From Candidatus Thorarchaeota archaeon (lineage in GTDB: Archaea > Asgardarchaeota > Thorarchaeia > Thorarchaeales > Thorarchaeaceae): a stretch of 64,000 bases of DNA. Where the stretch lies: NCBI GenBank assembly GCA_019057475.1, contig DXJO01000027.1, forward strand, positions 1 through 64,000, in the 5' to 3' direction. Numbering within the stretch: position 1 is the stretch's first letter; the number at the start of each line of letters is the position of its first letter. Of the stretch, positions 30,941 to 41,375 are shown one piece after another. A program made the position numbers and the translations under genes. Below the pieces are notes generated by a model. The model was not told where the DNA came from and ran no database searches. It saw only the letters and a list, made by a program, of their open reading frames with translations.

Positions 30941-31939
30941 GTGAGTCGCATGGCCGGTACTTGGGCTCTCAACTTGTTCGATAGGCTTCATGTGGGACAC
31001 CATGTGCTAATCGACAGGCTGTCAGATATGCCAGAACCAGTGGCCGCAGTGACATGTGGGGAACTCGTCGAGAAAGGACTGGAACTGGATAAGCTGATTC
31101 AACCCGAGAGGCTCCGTGTAGAGAATCTTCGCGCCTATCTGAGGTCGATTCAGCTAGAGGACACAATACATGTTGAAGTCATCTCGACGTATGAGGATTT
31201 GATTTCGATAGAGGGGCCAACCACGTTTATGCTATTTGAGGGTCCTTGCTGCGTGGAGATAGAAGCTAAGGGTCTCGACATGCGTAGGGAACAGCTTGCC
31301 GTTCAGGATATAATGGAGCCTCTAAAGCCGGTCCGCGCCCAGGATGGGGATAAGATGTCCTCCGCAAGGATAAGGCTCGGAGAAATAGATCGTCAGGGCC
31401 GTCCGCTAAGGAGGACCTCAGAACCTCCCAGACGCCTTCCTGACCAGCATCGCGCAGGATTGCAGGCACCAAAAGGGAAAGTGTACAATACGAAGGAGGG
31501 CATTCCTGAACAGAGGGTTATTGCTCGGATTCACGAAGAGGAGCCTGAATTGGTGATTGCGGTAGGTGACGTGACCAGTGCATCTCTCATCGCGGAAGGT
31601 CACTCACCAGACGTCTGTGTCGTGGATGGTATAACGAAGCGCGGCGTATTTGAGGGCAGCATCTCGGCTGAGATCGAGTATCGCATCTACAATCCTGCAG
31701 CCACGATTTTTCCCGAAGCTTGGTCAGTGATGAATACCGCAATTCATGATGGTGCCAAGTCGTTGATTTTCGTAGAAGGGGAAGAGGATTTGATGGGTTT
31801 CCCAGCAGTCATCTTGGCTCCCGAGGGTTCAGTCATGCTATACGGTCAACCGGATGTTGGAGTTGTGTGGGTACCCGTGAACAAACAGAATATTGCGTTA
31901 GCGCGAGAGTACCTGAACGCGATGCCATTGATCACCTAG
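30941..31939 (+). CDS. Phosphopantetheine adenylyltransferase-like domain fused to GTP-dependent dephospho-CoA kinase (DUF359)
   Basis: FDRLHVGH and KMSSARIRLGEID nucleotidyltransferase motifs; AVGDVT, VDGITKR, NPA, VEGEEDL, YGQP of DUF359. Confidence 0.85.
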   Translation: MSRMAGTWALNLFDRLHVGHHVLIDRLSDMPEPVAAVTCGELVEKGLELDKLIQPERLRVENLRAYLRSIQLEDTIHVEVISTYEDLISIEGPTTFMLFEGPCCVEIEAKGLDMRREQLAVQDIMEPLKPVRAQDGDKMSSARIRLGEIDRQGRPLRRTSEPPRRLPDQHRAGLQAPKGKVYNTKEGIPEQRVIARIHEEEPELVIAVGDVTSASLIAEGHSPDVCVVDGITKRGVFEGSISAEIEYRIYNPAATIFPEAWSVMNTAIHDGAKSLIFVEGEEDLMGFPAVILAPEGSVMLYGQPDVGVVWVPVNKQNIALAREYLNAMPLIT

Positions 31940-33456
31940 TCGTATTCATCCATGGCACAAGGGATGTTAGCTATGCAGTCTGTTGCAGTGATATGATTTC
32001 CAAGCTCGCTATACGCCCTCTCGCCGGCCGAACCAGAGATGTAAGCCGCCGCTGAAGCTGCATGAAAGGCAGAATGCCCATGAGCCAATAGAGCTGCCAC
32101 AATGCCAGTTAATACATCCCCCGTACCGCCTACGGTCATGGCCGGAACACCGGTACGATTCAATTTGTATCGACCATCGGGATGGACCACTACGTCAACC
32201 GGACCCTTGAGCAGAATCACAGCGTTGAATTCTAATGCAGCTTTGATGGAATGTTGAATTCGGTTCTCCAGACTGGTGGAATCGCCTAGATTCTCATCCA
32301 AGAGAATCTCCAACTCGCCCCAATGAGGTGTTAAGATGTTTCTCGCCGGGTCAAATTTCACGCCCGATGAGGATAAACTCTTGATTCCGTCAGCGTCAAT
32401 CACCATGGGTTTCCCTATGGCTGCCAGCTCCGCCACGATGGAGATTACGGCGGCCCCGGTTTCCTTGTCAAGGCCAAGACCCGGGCCCAGCGCGAGGACA
32501 TCTGCATCTTCTGCTGCATCAAGCACAGCTGTGGCCGACTCGCGCATGAGAATCCTTGTACCCATGCTGTTAACCATCAGATTGGGACTATAGGAACGGA
32601 TTGCCGTGACCACCGATTCAGGAGCCAAGACGCTTACAAGATCCGCACCAGTTCGCAATGCTGCAAGTCCCGCCAAGGCAGGAGCCCCTGAATAGATGTC
32701 GCTTCCACCTACGACCAGTATTCTACCAAAATCACCCTTGTGAGCGTCTGCAGCGCGAGGTCGATTGAACAGCCACACGTCACCTGGACCACAGATGCAT
32801 TCCGCTTCAGGAGGGATTCCAATCGGCACGATGTAGAGTTTGCCCACGTAATCTTTGGCTTTGAGAAGACCTGGCTTCGGTGCGTGCAAGGTAATGGTGT
32901 AGTTGGCTTTGACAGCATCACCATGAATTTCGCCGGTATCAGCATCAATGCCTGTTGGAACATCAATGGCGTACTTGATTGCGCTCGATTTATTGAATGC
33001 CTTCACTGCAGCAAGGATTGGCTCTCTCAGTTTGCTCTTGACTCCAAAACCAAGGATTGCATCAATAGCGATGTCCGACTCCTGGAGGGAGTTCCAATGC
33101 TTTATCGCGGATTCTGCCTTGAGGACGATCCTCTCAATATCGTGCAGATTCTTCAGGATTTCCCAGTTGAACAGAGTATCAGTGCTCGAAATCGTCTGTT
33201 CTGCACTAATGTAAGCAACCGCAACATGTGCCCCAGCCTCTTGGAGATGTCGAGCCGCTACCATGCCATCGCCTCCATTTCCCCCCGGGCCGCAAAGAAT
33301 AGCAATGTGCTTCCTCTTCACCTTCTCTTTCTGGATGATTGTTCGAGCCACTTCTCGCCCGGCGCCCTGCATCAACATGCCAAGGCTCACGCCCAGATAC
33401 TGCGTGTTCAGCTCAAGAATATGCATCTCAGTTGTGTCGATTGGTGTATCCTGCAT
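31936..33456 (-). CDS. nnr: Bifunctional NAD(P)H-hydrate epimerase/dehydratase
   Basis: CGPGGNGGDG, DVPTG, HKGDFGRILVVGGS, GPGLG, TPHWGE, GGTGDVLTG. Confidence 0.95.
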   Translation of the reverse strand: MQDTPIDTTEMHILELNTQYLGVSLGMLMQGAGREVARTIIQKEKVKRKHIAILCGPGGNGGDGMVAARHLQEAGAHVAVAYISAEQTISSTDTLFNWEILKNLHDIERIVLKAESAIKHWNSLQESDIAIDAILGFGVKSKLREPILAAVKAFNKSSAIKYAIDVPTGIDADTGEIHGDAVKANYTITLHAPKPGLLKAKDYVGKLYIVPIGIPPEAECICGPGDVWLFNRPRAADAHKGDFGRILVVGGSDIYSGAPALAGLAALRTGADLVSVLAPESVVTAIRSYSPNLMVNSMGTRILMRESATAVLDAAEDADVLALGPGLGLDKETGAAVISIVAELAAIGKPMVIDADGIKSLSSSGVKFDPARNILTPHWGELEILLDENLGDSTSLENRIQHSIKAALEFNAVILLKGPVDVVVHPDGRYKLNRTGVPAMTVGGTGDVLTGIVAALLAHGHSAFHAASAAAYISGSAGERAYSELGNHITATDCIANIPCAMDEYD

Positions 33457-33559
33457 AAGGAATCACGACGCTGCGACTGAAGGGAATCCTGCTATTTCAA
33501 TCATACCCGCTTCAAGGCAAGAGGGATAACATTCATGACATAGCATCATTATTGGCACT

Positions 33560-34240
33560 ATGATTCTATTGAGTAAGTACTACTCAGATTCCCTTTCAGC
33601 AGAAAGGCTCCGGAGATGCTACGAGATTGCTCCTCCAAGAGTTGCTCAATACTTGAGAGCAGAGATAGAACATGTTCTAGCGAAAATCAAGCCTTCAGAT
33701 GCCGTGCTGGAACTAGGCTGTGGCTATGGTCGAGTCCTTGGAGGATTGCTAGGAAAGACCCGAAAGGTTGCAGGGATTGATACATCGAAGGCGAGCCTTG
33801 ATCAGGCGAAGAAGGATCTCCGGGGTCATTCCAATCTGGACCTTGCACAGATGAACGCTGTCAATCTTGGGTTTATTGACGGGTGTTTCGATGTTGTGAT
33901 CTGCATCCAGAATGGGATATCTGCGTTTAAGATCAATCAGGAGGATCTCCTCATCGAAAGTCTACGTGTCACTCGAGACGGAGGAACGTGCCTGTTCTCC
34001 AGCTATTCCGACAGCTTCTGGGACCACCGACTCGAGTGGTTTCACCTTCAAGCCTCAGAGGGCTTAATCGGAGAGATAGACTTGGCAAGAACAGGAAATG
34101 GGTGCATTGTCTGCAATGACGGTTTTCAAGCCACGACCCTCCGTCGTGAGGACTTCTCCGAATTGGTGTCAAGAATTGGCGTCACTGCCACAATAGCTGA
34201 AGTTGATGAATCCAGCATCTTCTGTGAGATACGTGTTTAG
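33560..34240 (+). CDS. Class I SAM-dependent methyltransferase
   Basis: VLELGCGYGR, GIDTS, FDVV. Confidence 0.88.
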   Translation: MILLSKYYSDSLSAERLRRCYEIAPPRVAQYLRAEIEHVLAKIKPSDAVLELGCGYGRVLGGLLGKTRKVAGIDTSKASLDQAKKDLRGHSNLDLAQMNAVNLGFIDGCFDVVICIQNGISAFKINQEDLLIESLRVTRDGGTCLFSSYSDSFWDHRLEWFHLQASEGLIGEIDLARTGNGCIVCNDGFQATTLRREDFSELVSRIGVTATIAEVDESSIFCEIRV

Positions 34241-34314
34241 GCCGGCTGCTAGCCTTCTTGCGGGAGTTGTCATTCCAAACGACTTTTAACTTCCCTTCCG
34301 CCGAGGCCAAAAAC

Positions 34315-34788
34315 ATGCAGGACCTTTCTCGTGCGGACTTAGCTGAACAGGTCATTCCCTCTCTTCAGGAAATCCAAGAACGCCTTGGGTATATACCGCG
34401 CGAGGCTATCATTTGGTTGGCTGACAAACTTCACCTCAGCGAGCAAGAAATCTACGGCGTAGCAAGTTTCTACAATAACTTCAGATTCACCCTACCTGGC
34501 AAGCACCACCTAAGAATCTGTCTTGGTACGGCTTGTCACGTTCAGGGTGGCGACCGCCTGCTAGCTGCCACGAGCGAAAAGCTGGGTATCAAACCCGGAG
34601 ACACAACTCCTGATAAGAGGTACAGTCTGGAGAGAGTTGCGTGTGTTGGCTGTTGTGCGCTTGCACCTGCTGTAGTTCTTGACGATGTAGTACACGGTCG
34701 TACGACACAGCGATCGTTGAAGCGACTACTGGACAGCGTTGACCGAGAGGACAGAAAGGCAAAGAAGTCAGAGGGGGGTTCACAATGA
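34315..34788 (+). CDS. NuoE/HydC-like [2Fe-2S] subunit
   Basis: YGVASFY, CLGTACHV, ACVGCCALAP. Confidence 0.92.
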   Translation: MQDLSRADLAEQVIPSLQEIQERLGYIPREAIIWLADKLHLSEQEIYGVASFYNNFRFTLPGKHHLRICLGTACHVQGGDRLLAATSEKLGIKPGDTTPDKRYSLERVACVGCCALAPAVVLDDVVHGRTTQRSLKRLLDSVDREDRKAKKSEGGSQ

Positions 34789-36626
34789 GTCCCGGCAATG
34801 AGTCTGAGCAGAGTATCCTTGAGATACGAGTATGCCGAGGAACTGGTTGTGAGTCCGCAAGGGCGCATCAACTCCTAGAAGCCCTGAATAAGGAAGTTGC
34901 CGACAAGGGCTTAGAGAACAAGGTGCGTATCAAGACAATCGGATGCCATGGTTTCTGCGAACAGGGCCCAGTTGTTACAGTGGAACCTGAGGGATTGTTC
35001 TACTGTCAAGTTAACGAGAAGGACATCAAGGAGATTGTGGAATCACACATTATTGGCGGAAAGCCAGTGGAAAAGCTCTTCTATACAGAACCCGCAACTG
35101 GAAAGATAATTTCCAAGTACGAGGATATTCCGTTCTACAAAGGACAGAAGAAAGTAGTGCTACGCAACTGCGGCGAGATAGACCCAAGTAGCATTGACGA
35201 ATATATCGAGAAGGGCGGCTACGACGGTCTCAAGAAAGCACTTCTTGAGATGAAACCAGAGCAGGTCATTGATCAGATACTCAAATCAGGTCTACGGGGG
35301 CGAGGTGGTGCAGGCTTCCCAACAGGGTTGAAATGGAAATTTGGGCGTGGGAGTAAGAGCGATAAGAAGTACGTTGTCTGCAACGCAGACGAGGGTGATC
35401 CGGGCGCTTTCATGGATGGAGCGATACTTGTTGCCGACCCTCACGCGGTGCTAGAAGGACTGATTGTTGCAGCGTACAGCATTGGAGCTGACGAAGGATT
35501 CGTGTACGTCCGTCACGAATACCCGCAAGCTGTGGATAGCATCAAGAAGGCGATCATCGACTCGCGGAAAAGAGGATTCCTAGGTAAGGACATACTCGAC
35601 AGCGGCTTTAGCTTCGATTTATCTGTCAAAGAAGGTGCAGGCGCATTTGTGTGCGGTGAAGAAACTGCGCTAATGACCTCAATCGAGGGAAACCGCGGAA
35701 CGCCGCGTCCAAGACCACCATTCCCAACTGACTCAGGACTCTGGGGCAAACCCACCTGTATCAACAATGTGAAGACACTTGCAACGATCCCTGTCATCTT
35801 GCGAAGGGGGGCTGAATGGTTCTCATCAATTGGTACTGAGAAGAGCAAAGGCACAGCCATATTCTCGCTAACTGGCAAAGTGAAGAACACGGGGCTTGTT
35901 GAGGTGCCGATGGGCACAACTTTGCGTCATATCATATTCAACGTAGGAGGTGGAATCCAAGGAGATGCCAAGTTCAAAGCTGTGCAGACAGGAGGGCCCT
36001 CTGGTGGATGTCTTCCCGCCGACAAGCTAGACCTCCCGGTTGATTATGACTCCCTGACACAAGCAGGAACGATCATGGGTTCCGGCGGGATGATCGTAAT
36101 GGACGAAACCACTTGCATGGTAGATGTGGCCCGGTACTTCCTTTCGTTCACACAAGCAGAGTCCTGCGGCAAATGCACTCCATGTAGAATGGGTACGCTA
36201 GAGATGCTTAGGATACTTGACAAGATCAGGTCGGGAAACGGAGAAGAGGGCGACATAGAGAAGCTTCAGGAGATAGCAATTACGGTAAAGGAGGGCTCCC
36301 TCTGCGGACTCGGCCAGACTGCACCCAATCCAGTACTCACCACGGTCCGATACTTCCGCGATGAGTATGAAGCGCATATCCGTGACAAGATTTGTCCGGC
36401 GGAAGTCTGCAAGGCGCTCATAAAGTATGTAATAGTGTCTGAGAAGTGCATAGGTTGCGGAGCGTGTCTACGAATCTGCCCTGCGAATGCAATCACTGGA
36501 AAGAAGAATGAGGTGCATATCATCTCAGATGAACTATGCATCAAATGTGGAGCTTGTTTCGAGGTGTGTCCACCCAAGGCGAGCGCTATTGACAAGATAC
36601 CCGCATACCATGGAGGTGGGCACTAA
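34785..36626 (+). CDS. NuoF/HydB-like FMN/NADH-binding subunit with N-terminal 2Fe-2S and C-terminal 2x[4Fe-4S] domains
   Basis: CRGTGC..GCHGFC, GLRGRGGAGFPTG, NADEGDPGAFMD, CGEETAL, ESCGKCTPCR, CIGCGAC, CIKCGAC. Confidence 0.93.
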   Translation: MSPGNESEQSILEIRVCRGTGCESARAHQLLEALNKEVADKGLENKVRIKTIGCHGFCEQGPVVTVEPEGLFYCQVNEKDIKEIVESHIIGGKPVEKLFYTEPATGKIISKYEDIPFYKGQKKVVLRNCGEIDPSSIDEYIEKGGYDGLKKALLEMKPEQVIDQILKSGLRGRGGAGFPTGLKWKFGRGSKSDKKYVVCNADEGDPGAFMDGAILVADPHAVLEGLIVAAYSIGADEGFVYVRHEYPQAVDSIKKAIIDSRKRGFLGKDILDSGFSFDLSVKEGAGAFVCGEETALMTSIEGNRGTPRPRPPFPTDSGLWGKPTCINNVKTLATIPVILRRGAEWFSSIGTEKSKGTAIFSLTGKVKNTGLVEVPMGTTLRHIIFNVGGGIQGDAKFKAVQTGGPSGGCLPADKLDLPVDYDSLTQAGTIMGSGGMIVMDETTCMVDVARYFLSFTQAESCGKCTPCRMGTLEMLRILDKIRSGNGEEGDIEKLQEIAITVKEGSLCGLGQTAPNPVLTTVRYFRDEYEAHIRDKICPAEVCKALIKYVIVSEKCIGCGACLRICPANAITGKKNEVHIISDELCIKCGACFEVCPPKASAIDKIPAYHGGGH

Positions 36627-38923
36627 TGCCGAGTCTGACAATAGACGGAAAGCAGATTCAGTTCAAGGAAGATGGCCGTACCATATTGGATATTGCTCGT
36701 GAAGAAGGAATCTATATCCCCACGTTATGCGACCATCCGGACCTTCCTCCCCATGGCGGGTGCCGAATGTGCCTTGTTGAGGTTGAGGGGATGAAGGGCT
36801 TTGTCACAGCATGCACAACTCCTGCGAAAGATAACATGATAGTAGACACAACCAATGATGATTTAATGAAGCTGAAGCGCAATATCCTTCAGCTGTTGCT
36901 CATAGAGCACCCATCCGCATGCGTCGTTTGTGCCGAGTGGAATACTTGCAATGAGTATCGCAGTCAGCCCTTCAAATCAGGCTTGATCACAGGGTGTAGT
37001 ACTTGCCCAAGCAAGGCTTCCTGTGAGCTACGAGATGTAGTCGAATATGTAGGACTTGATGATTTAGGTTTCGTGCCAAGGTATAAGGAAATGCCTGTTG
37101 AGAAAGATGATCCATTCTTTGACAGAGACTACAACATCTGCATTCTGTGCGCAAGGTGTGTCAGAGTCTGTGATGAGATAAGAGGCACAGGAGCTATCAG
37201 CTTTGCCAAGCGTGGTCATGAAACAAGAGTGGATACCGCCTTCGGCAACTCGCACTTGGACAGTGGTTGCTGGTTCTGCGGAGCATGCATCGACGTTTGC
37301 CCAACGGGTGCACTATCACCTCGAATGATGAAATGGCATGGAACACCTGATGAAACAGTAGTAACAACCTGCATGCTTTGTGGCACTGGATGTCAAATAG
37401 AGTTCGATGTGAAGTGGGACAGGATAATGGCATCTCATCCAGGTTCTGAGAACTCCGAGCCAAACCGGGGTCATGCATGCGTTCTGGGCAGGTTCTGTAT
37501 TCCATCCTTGATGAATGCCCCCGACAGACTCAAGATTCCCACTGTTAGAAGGGATGGAGTCAGCATCCCCGTTTCATGGGATGAAGCATATGAGCGCATA
37601 GCGGAAATTCTCAATGAAACCACTCCAGGAAGAATTGGTTTTGTAGGAGCCCCTCACCTCACTACAGAGGCCGCGTATCTTCTTCAAAAGCTAGCTCGCA
37701 GTGCAATAGGAACCTCGAACGTTGATTTCAGAGGCTCAGGTTTTGCCTCGCTTGTTGTCAGAACACTTGCGGATACTGACAGCTTCGCAAAGGTTGGGTC
37801 ACTCCGAGACCTTGAGAAGGCAGATTGGATTATTGCAGTGGGAGGCGACTTTGTAAAGACTCACCAAGTTGTCGCCAAGTCGTGTTATCAAGCAGTTGCA
37901 AGAGGTGCACCGCTGATACTCATTGGAGAGGCCGGCGTGAACCTGAAGAGATGGGCAACAGAACACATCCCACTCAAGGCCAAGGCTTTCTCAACAATAC
38001 TCTCACAACTAGCTGTAGGTGAGGAGAAGCTTAAGGGAGTCAAGAAGCAGCACGCTGAGCATATCAAATCAGTCGTTTCAAAAGGTGAGGGAGCCATAAT
38101 CTTCGGCTCTGATATTCTTCTAGCGAACAATCCGGGAGAAGCCATGACAGCCCTCTTGAGGTTGGCTGGTGACAAGGGTCGAATCTATCCCGCATTCGAT
38201 CAAGGCAATGAAGTGGGAGCGATGATAGCTGGGCTGCAGCCGGATCTGCTTCCAGGACTCACATCAGTGGGCGCATCAAGTGTTAGGAGCAAATTCGAAG
38301 CCCTCTGGGGGAAGGAAATCAAGGCTGGTCTAAGTCTGGAACAGATGCGTATGGCGGCATCCAAAGGTGAACTTGATGTCCTCTATGTGATTGATGGTTC
38401 ACTGCTCGCAAAAGGTTTCAAGAAAGTTAAGCACGTGATCTACCAGTCTCCATTCCCCTCAGAATGGGTCAATCGTGCATCCGTGATTCTTCCTGCAGCA
38501 GGCTTTGTGGAGGACTCTGGAACAGTTGTCAACATGGAGATGAAACAGCTTAAGCTGAAACAGGTTACTCAGCCTATTGGAAAGTCGAAACAGGATTGGC
38601 TAATACTAACTGAGCTTGGCAGGAGGCTTGGATCGGAGGGCTTCAAATACAAGAGCCCGAAGAAGGTTGCGAAGGAGCTAAGGGAGTTTACTAAGGAATT
38701 AGATTCTGGGGCCATAGTCGAAATTGAGTCGATCCGGAAAGCAGCTGATTGGAACCCCGTGTACAGGGGCGCAATCCTTGCCGAGAGAATACGGGACCTG
38801 AAGACATTCATTGACGCCCTACCAGAGAGAGAACGTCCATTGTCTACCGAATCGATGGATGATTTCGTTAAGAGGTTATCAGAACAAGAAGGCGCAAACA
38901 CTCAGGTGAAGGAGGCGGCCTAA
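36626..38923 (+). CDS. NuoG/FdhA-like Fe-S protein with a molybdopterin-oxidoreductase fold lacking the metal ligand
   Basis: PTLC..CRMCLVE..TAC, CILCARCVRVC, CWFCGACIDVCP, CMLCGTGC..C; TSNVDFRGSG where formate dehydrogenases have NNIDxCARxC/U. Confidence 0.85.
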   Translation: MPSLTIDGKQIQFKEDGRTILDIAREEGIYIPTLCDHPDLPPHGGCRMCLVEVEGMKGFVTACTTPAKDNMIVDTTNDDLMKLKRNILQLLLIEHPSACVVCAEWNTCNEYRSQPFKSGLITGCSTCPSKASCELRDVVEYVGLDDLGFVPRYKEMPVEKDDPFFDRDYNICILCARCVRVCDEIRGTGAISFAKRGHETRVDTAFGNSHLDSGCWFCGACIDVCPTGALSPRMMKWHGTPDETVVTTCMLCGTGCQIEFDVKWDRIMASHPGSENSEPNRGHACVLGRFCIPSLMNAPDRLKIPTVRRDGVSIPVSWDEAYERIAEILNETTPGRIGFVGAPHLTTEAAYLLQKLARSAIGTSNVDFRGSGFASLVVRTLADTDSFAKVGSLRDLEKADWIIAVGGDFVKTHQVVAKSCYQAVARGAPLILIGEAGVNLKRWATEHIPLKAKAFSTILSQLAVGEEKLKGVKKQHAEHIKSVVSKGEGAIIFGSDILLANNPGEAMTALLRLAGDKGRIYPAFDQGNEVGAMIAGLQPDLLPGLTSVGASSVRSKFEALWGKEIKAGLSLEQMRMAASKGELDVLYVIDGSLLAKGFKKVKHVIYQSPFPSEWVNRASVILPAAGFVEDSGTVVNMEMKQLKLKQVTQPIGKSKQDWLILTELGRRLGSEGFKYKSPKKVAKELREFTKELDSGAIVEIESIRKAADWNPVYRGAILAERIRDLKTFIDALPERERPLSTESMDDFVKRLSEQEGANTQVKEAA

Positions 38924-39804
38924 TGAAGGGCACAATAGTGATCAACGAACATGTAGTTCCGAATGTAAGACGCCTTGTACTTGAAGCGCCAGTTATCGCT
39001 CGTCGTGCAAAGCCTGGGCAATTTGTGATTCTGATTCCAGATGCAGAGGGTGAGAGAATTCCCTTCACACTCTCCGATTGGGACGCTTCAGAAGGAACAA
39101 TCACGATATTCTACTTGGAAGCTGGCGTTTCGACCATGAAACTCACTCGCTTGAAGCCAGGTGAAGCCGTCTATACACTCGTGGGGCCTCTAGGCAAACC
39201 CACAGAGATTGAGAAGTTTGGAACTGTTCTACTCGGGGGTGGATGCTACGGCCTTGGAGGAATCTACCCACTGGCTAGGGCTTTCAAGGAAAAGGGGAAT
39301 AAAGTCATTGCTCTTCTGGAAGCTCGCACATCCTACCTTATCTACAACGAGGACAAGATTGGAGAGGTGGCAGACGAAGTCATCATCGCCACTGCGGATG
39401 GCTCTCGTGGCGTGCGAGGCCATGTCTGGGAGTCCATAAAGATCTTGGAGGAGAGGGGCGAGAAGATCGACCATGCACACTTCGTTGGGTGCACGTACAT
39501 GATGATGACCTCCTCAAGAGCGACAGAGCAGGCAGGGATCCCCACAATTGTCAGCCTCAATTCGCTCATGGTCGATGGCACTGGAATGTGTGGATGTTGC
39601 AGAGTCCTCGTAGGAGGCGAAACCAAGTTTTCCTGCGTTGACGGGCCTGACTTCGATGGACATCTAGTCGACTGGGACAATGTATTCGCCAGAGCGGGTG
39701 CTTACGTTGGTGAAGAGAACTTGGCGTATCAGTTCCACCAAAGCAGAGATGACGGAGCAATCAAAGACGATGGATGCAAGAACTGCGGCAAGGAGGCGGT
39801 TTGA
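38923..39804 (+). CDS. nfnA: NfnA/SudB-like FAD/NAD-binding [2Fe-2S] subunit
   Basis: KPGQFVI, ERIPFT, GPLGKP, MVDGTGMCGCCRV, CVDGPDFDGH. Confidence 0.9.
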   Translation: MKGTIVINEHVVPNVRRLVLEAPVIARRAKPGQFVILIPDAEGERIPFTLSDWDASEGTITIFYLEAGVSTMKLTRLKPGEAVYTLVGPLGKPTEIEKFGTVLLGGGCYGLGGIYPLARAFKEKGNKVIALLEARTSYLIYNEDKIGEVADEVIIATADGSRGVRGHVWESIKILEERGEKIDHAHFVGCTYMMMTSSRATEQAGIPTIVSLNSLMVDGTGMCGCCRVLVGGETKFSCVDGPDFDGHLVDWDNVFARAGAYVGEENLAYQFHQSRDDGAIKDDGCKNCGKEAV

Positions 39805-41240
39805 TGGGCGGCAAGACTCTAACAGCAAAAGAGAGGATGGCAATCCCCAGAGCGAAGATGCCAGAGCAGAACCCTGCTGCACGTGCAGCCAATTTCGAAG
39901 AAGTTCCATTCGGATTGACACCTGAGCAGGCCATGCTGGAAGCTCAGAGATGCATAAGTTGCAGGAATATGCCATGCGTTGCCGGGTGTCCCGTCGGCGT
40001 TCACATTCCTGAGTTCATCGAACTTGTAGCTGAAGGTAAATTTGCAGAAGCAGCCAGAGAAATCAAGGAAACCAATGTTCTTCCTGCAGTCTGCGGTCGT
40101 GTCTGTCCACAAGAGATTCAGTGTGAGGAGGCTTGCACATTGTGGAAGCGCTTCGGAGGAGTTTCTATTGGTGCTCTCGAACGATTTGTTGCAGATTATG
40201 AGAGAAACAATAACCTGGTCAAGATTCCAAAGAAAGATTCATCCACTGGCAAGAGGGTTGCAGTCATTGGATCAGGACCATCAGGACTTACCGTTGCAGG
40301 AGACCTCATTCTCAAGGGGCACGAGGTTACAGTCTATGAAGCACTGCATGAACCTGGTGGCGTCCTCATATACGGCATTCCGGAATTCAGGCTTCCGAAA
40401 GAGATAGTGAAGGCTGAAGTTGGCTACATGGAGAGCCTAGGTGTCAAGTTCGTGATGAACGTTGTTGTAGGATTGACTATGACCATTGAGGAATTGTTTG
40501 ATGAACTTGGGTACGATGCCGTTTACATCGGCGTTGGCGCGGGCCTTCCAAGATTCATGCGAATCGATGGCGAAGACATGAATGGTGTCTTCTCAGCCAA
40601 CGAGTATCTCACTAGATCGAACCTAATGAAGGGGTATTTATTCCCTGAGTACGATTCACCACTTCCGCCAGGCAGGCGTGTCTGCGTCGTTGGTGGAGGA
40701 AATGTAGCAATGGACTCTGCACGAACAGCGAAGCGCCTAGGTGCCGACGTCACCATAGTTTATCGTCGTGCTAGAGAACAACTACCTGCAAGAAGTGAGG
40801 AGGTTCACCACGCTGAAGAAGAGGGTATTGAATTCAAGCTGCTCTCAAACCCGGTCAAGCTCTTCGGAGAGAATGGCAGAGTTACTGGTATGGAGTGCAT
40901 TCGGATGGAACTTGGAGAACCCGACGACAGTGGTCGCAGGCGGCCAATACCGATAGAGGGTGCTTTCTTCAAGATAGAGTGTGACCAAGTGATAATGGCC
41001 ATTGGTTCGGGAGCCAATCCAGTCTTAACGAAGACCATAAAAGACCTAGAACTCAACCGATGGGGATACATCGAGGTAGACAAGAACAACCGCACCAATG
41101 TGCCCATGGTCTGGGCAGGCGGCGATATAGTAACAGGAGCAGCAACAGTAATCTTGGCTATGGGTGCTGGTCGAATCGCGGCCAACTCAATGCATGCGGA
41201 ACTCATGGGATTGCCGCAACCTGGGACTGAGGAGTCGTAG
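39804..41240 (+). CDS. nfnB: NfnB/SudA (GltD-like) NADPH-binding flavo-Fe-S subunit
   Basis: EAQRCISC..CVAGCPV, CGRVCPQEIQCE, GSGPSG, YGIPEFRLP, GGGNVAMD, GAATVILAMGAG. Confidence 0.9.
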   Translation: MGGKTLTAKERMAIPRAKMPEQNPAARAANFEEVPFGLTPEQAMLEAQRCISCRNMPCVAGCPVGVHIPEFIELVAEGKFAEAAREIKETNVLPAVCGRVCPQEIQCEEACTLWKRFGGVSIGALERFVADYERNNNLVKIPKKDSSTGKRVAVIGSGPSGLTVAGDLILKGHEVTVYEALHEPGGVLIYGIPEFRLPKEIVKAEVGYMESLGVKFVMNVVVGLTMTIEELFDELGYDAVYIGVGAGLPRFMRIDGEDMNGVFSANEYLTRSNLMKGYLFPEYDSPLPPGRRVCVVGGGNVAMDSARTAKRLGADVTIVYRRAREQLPARSEEVHHAEEEGIEFKLLSNPVKLFGENGRVTGMECIRMELGEPDDSGRRRPIPIEGAFFKIECDQVIMAIGSGANPVLTKTIKDLELNRWGYIEVDKNNRTNVPMVWAGGDIVTGAATVILAMGAGRIAANSMHAELMGLPQPGTEES

Positions 41241-41375
41241 GGAATTGAAACCTGCACCGTAGTTGCGGCCAGTGGTACGTCTTGTGGGTACCGGATCCGA
41301 AACTGAGTGACACAATCGTCGTGTCACGTCGCTAGTTTTATCAACGCATGGGAGTTCCCCCACTCGGTCGTAAAT

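Noticed and set aside
36626-38923. Formate dehydrogenase alpha subunit, possibly a selenoprotein
   Set aside because: No Cys or in-frame TGA at the metal-ligand position and no C-terminal pterin-binding domain.
39804-41240. Glutamate synthase small subunit
   Set aside because: No gltB nearby; coupling to an NfnA-type gene indicates NfnB/SudA.
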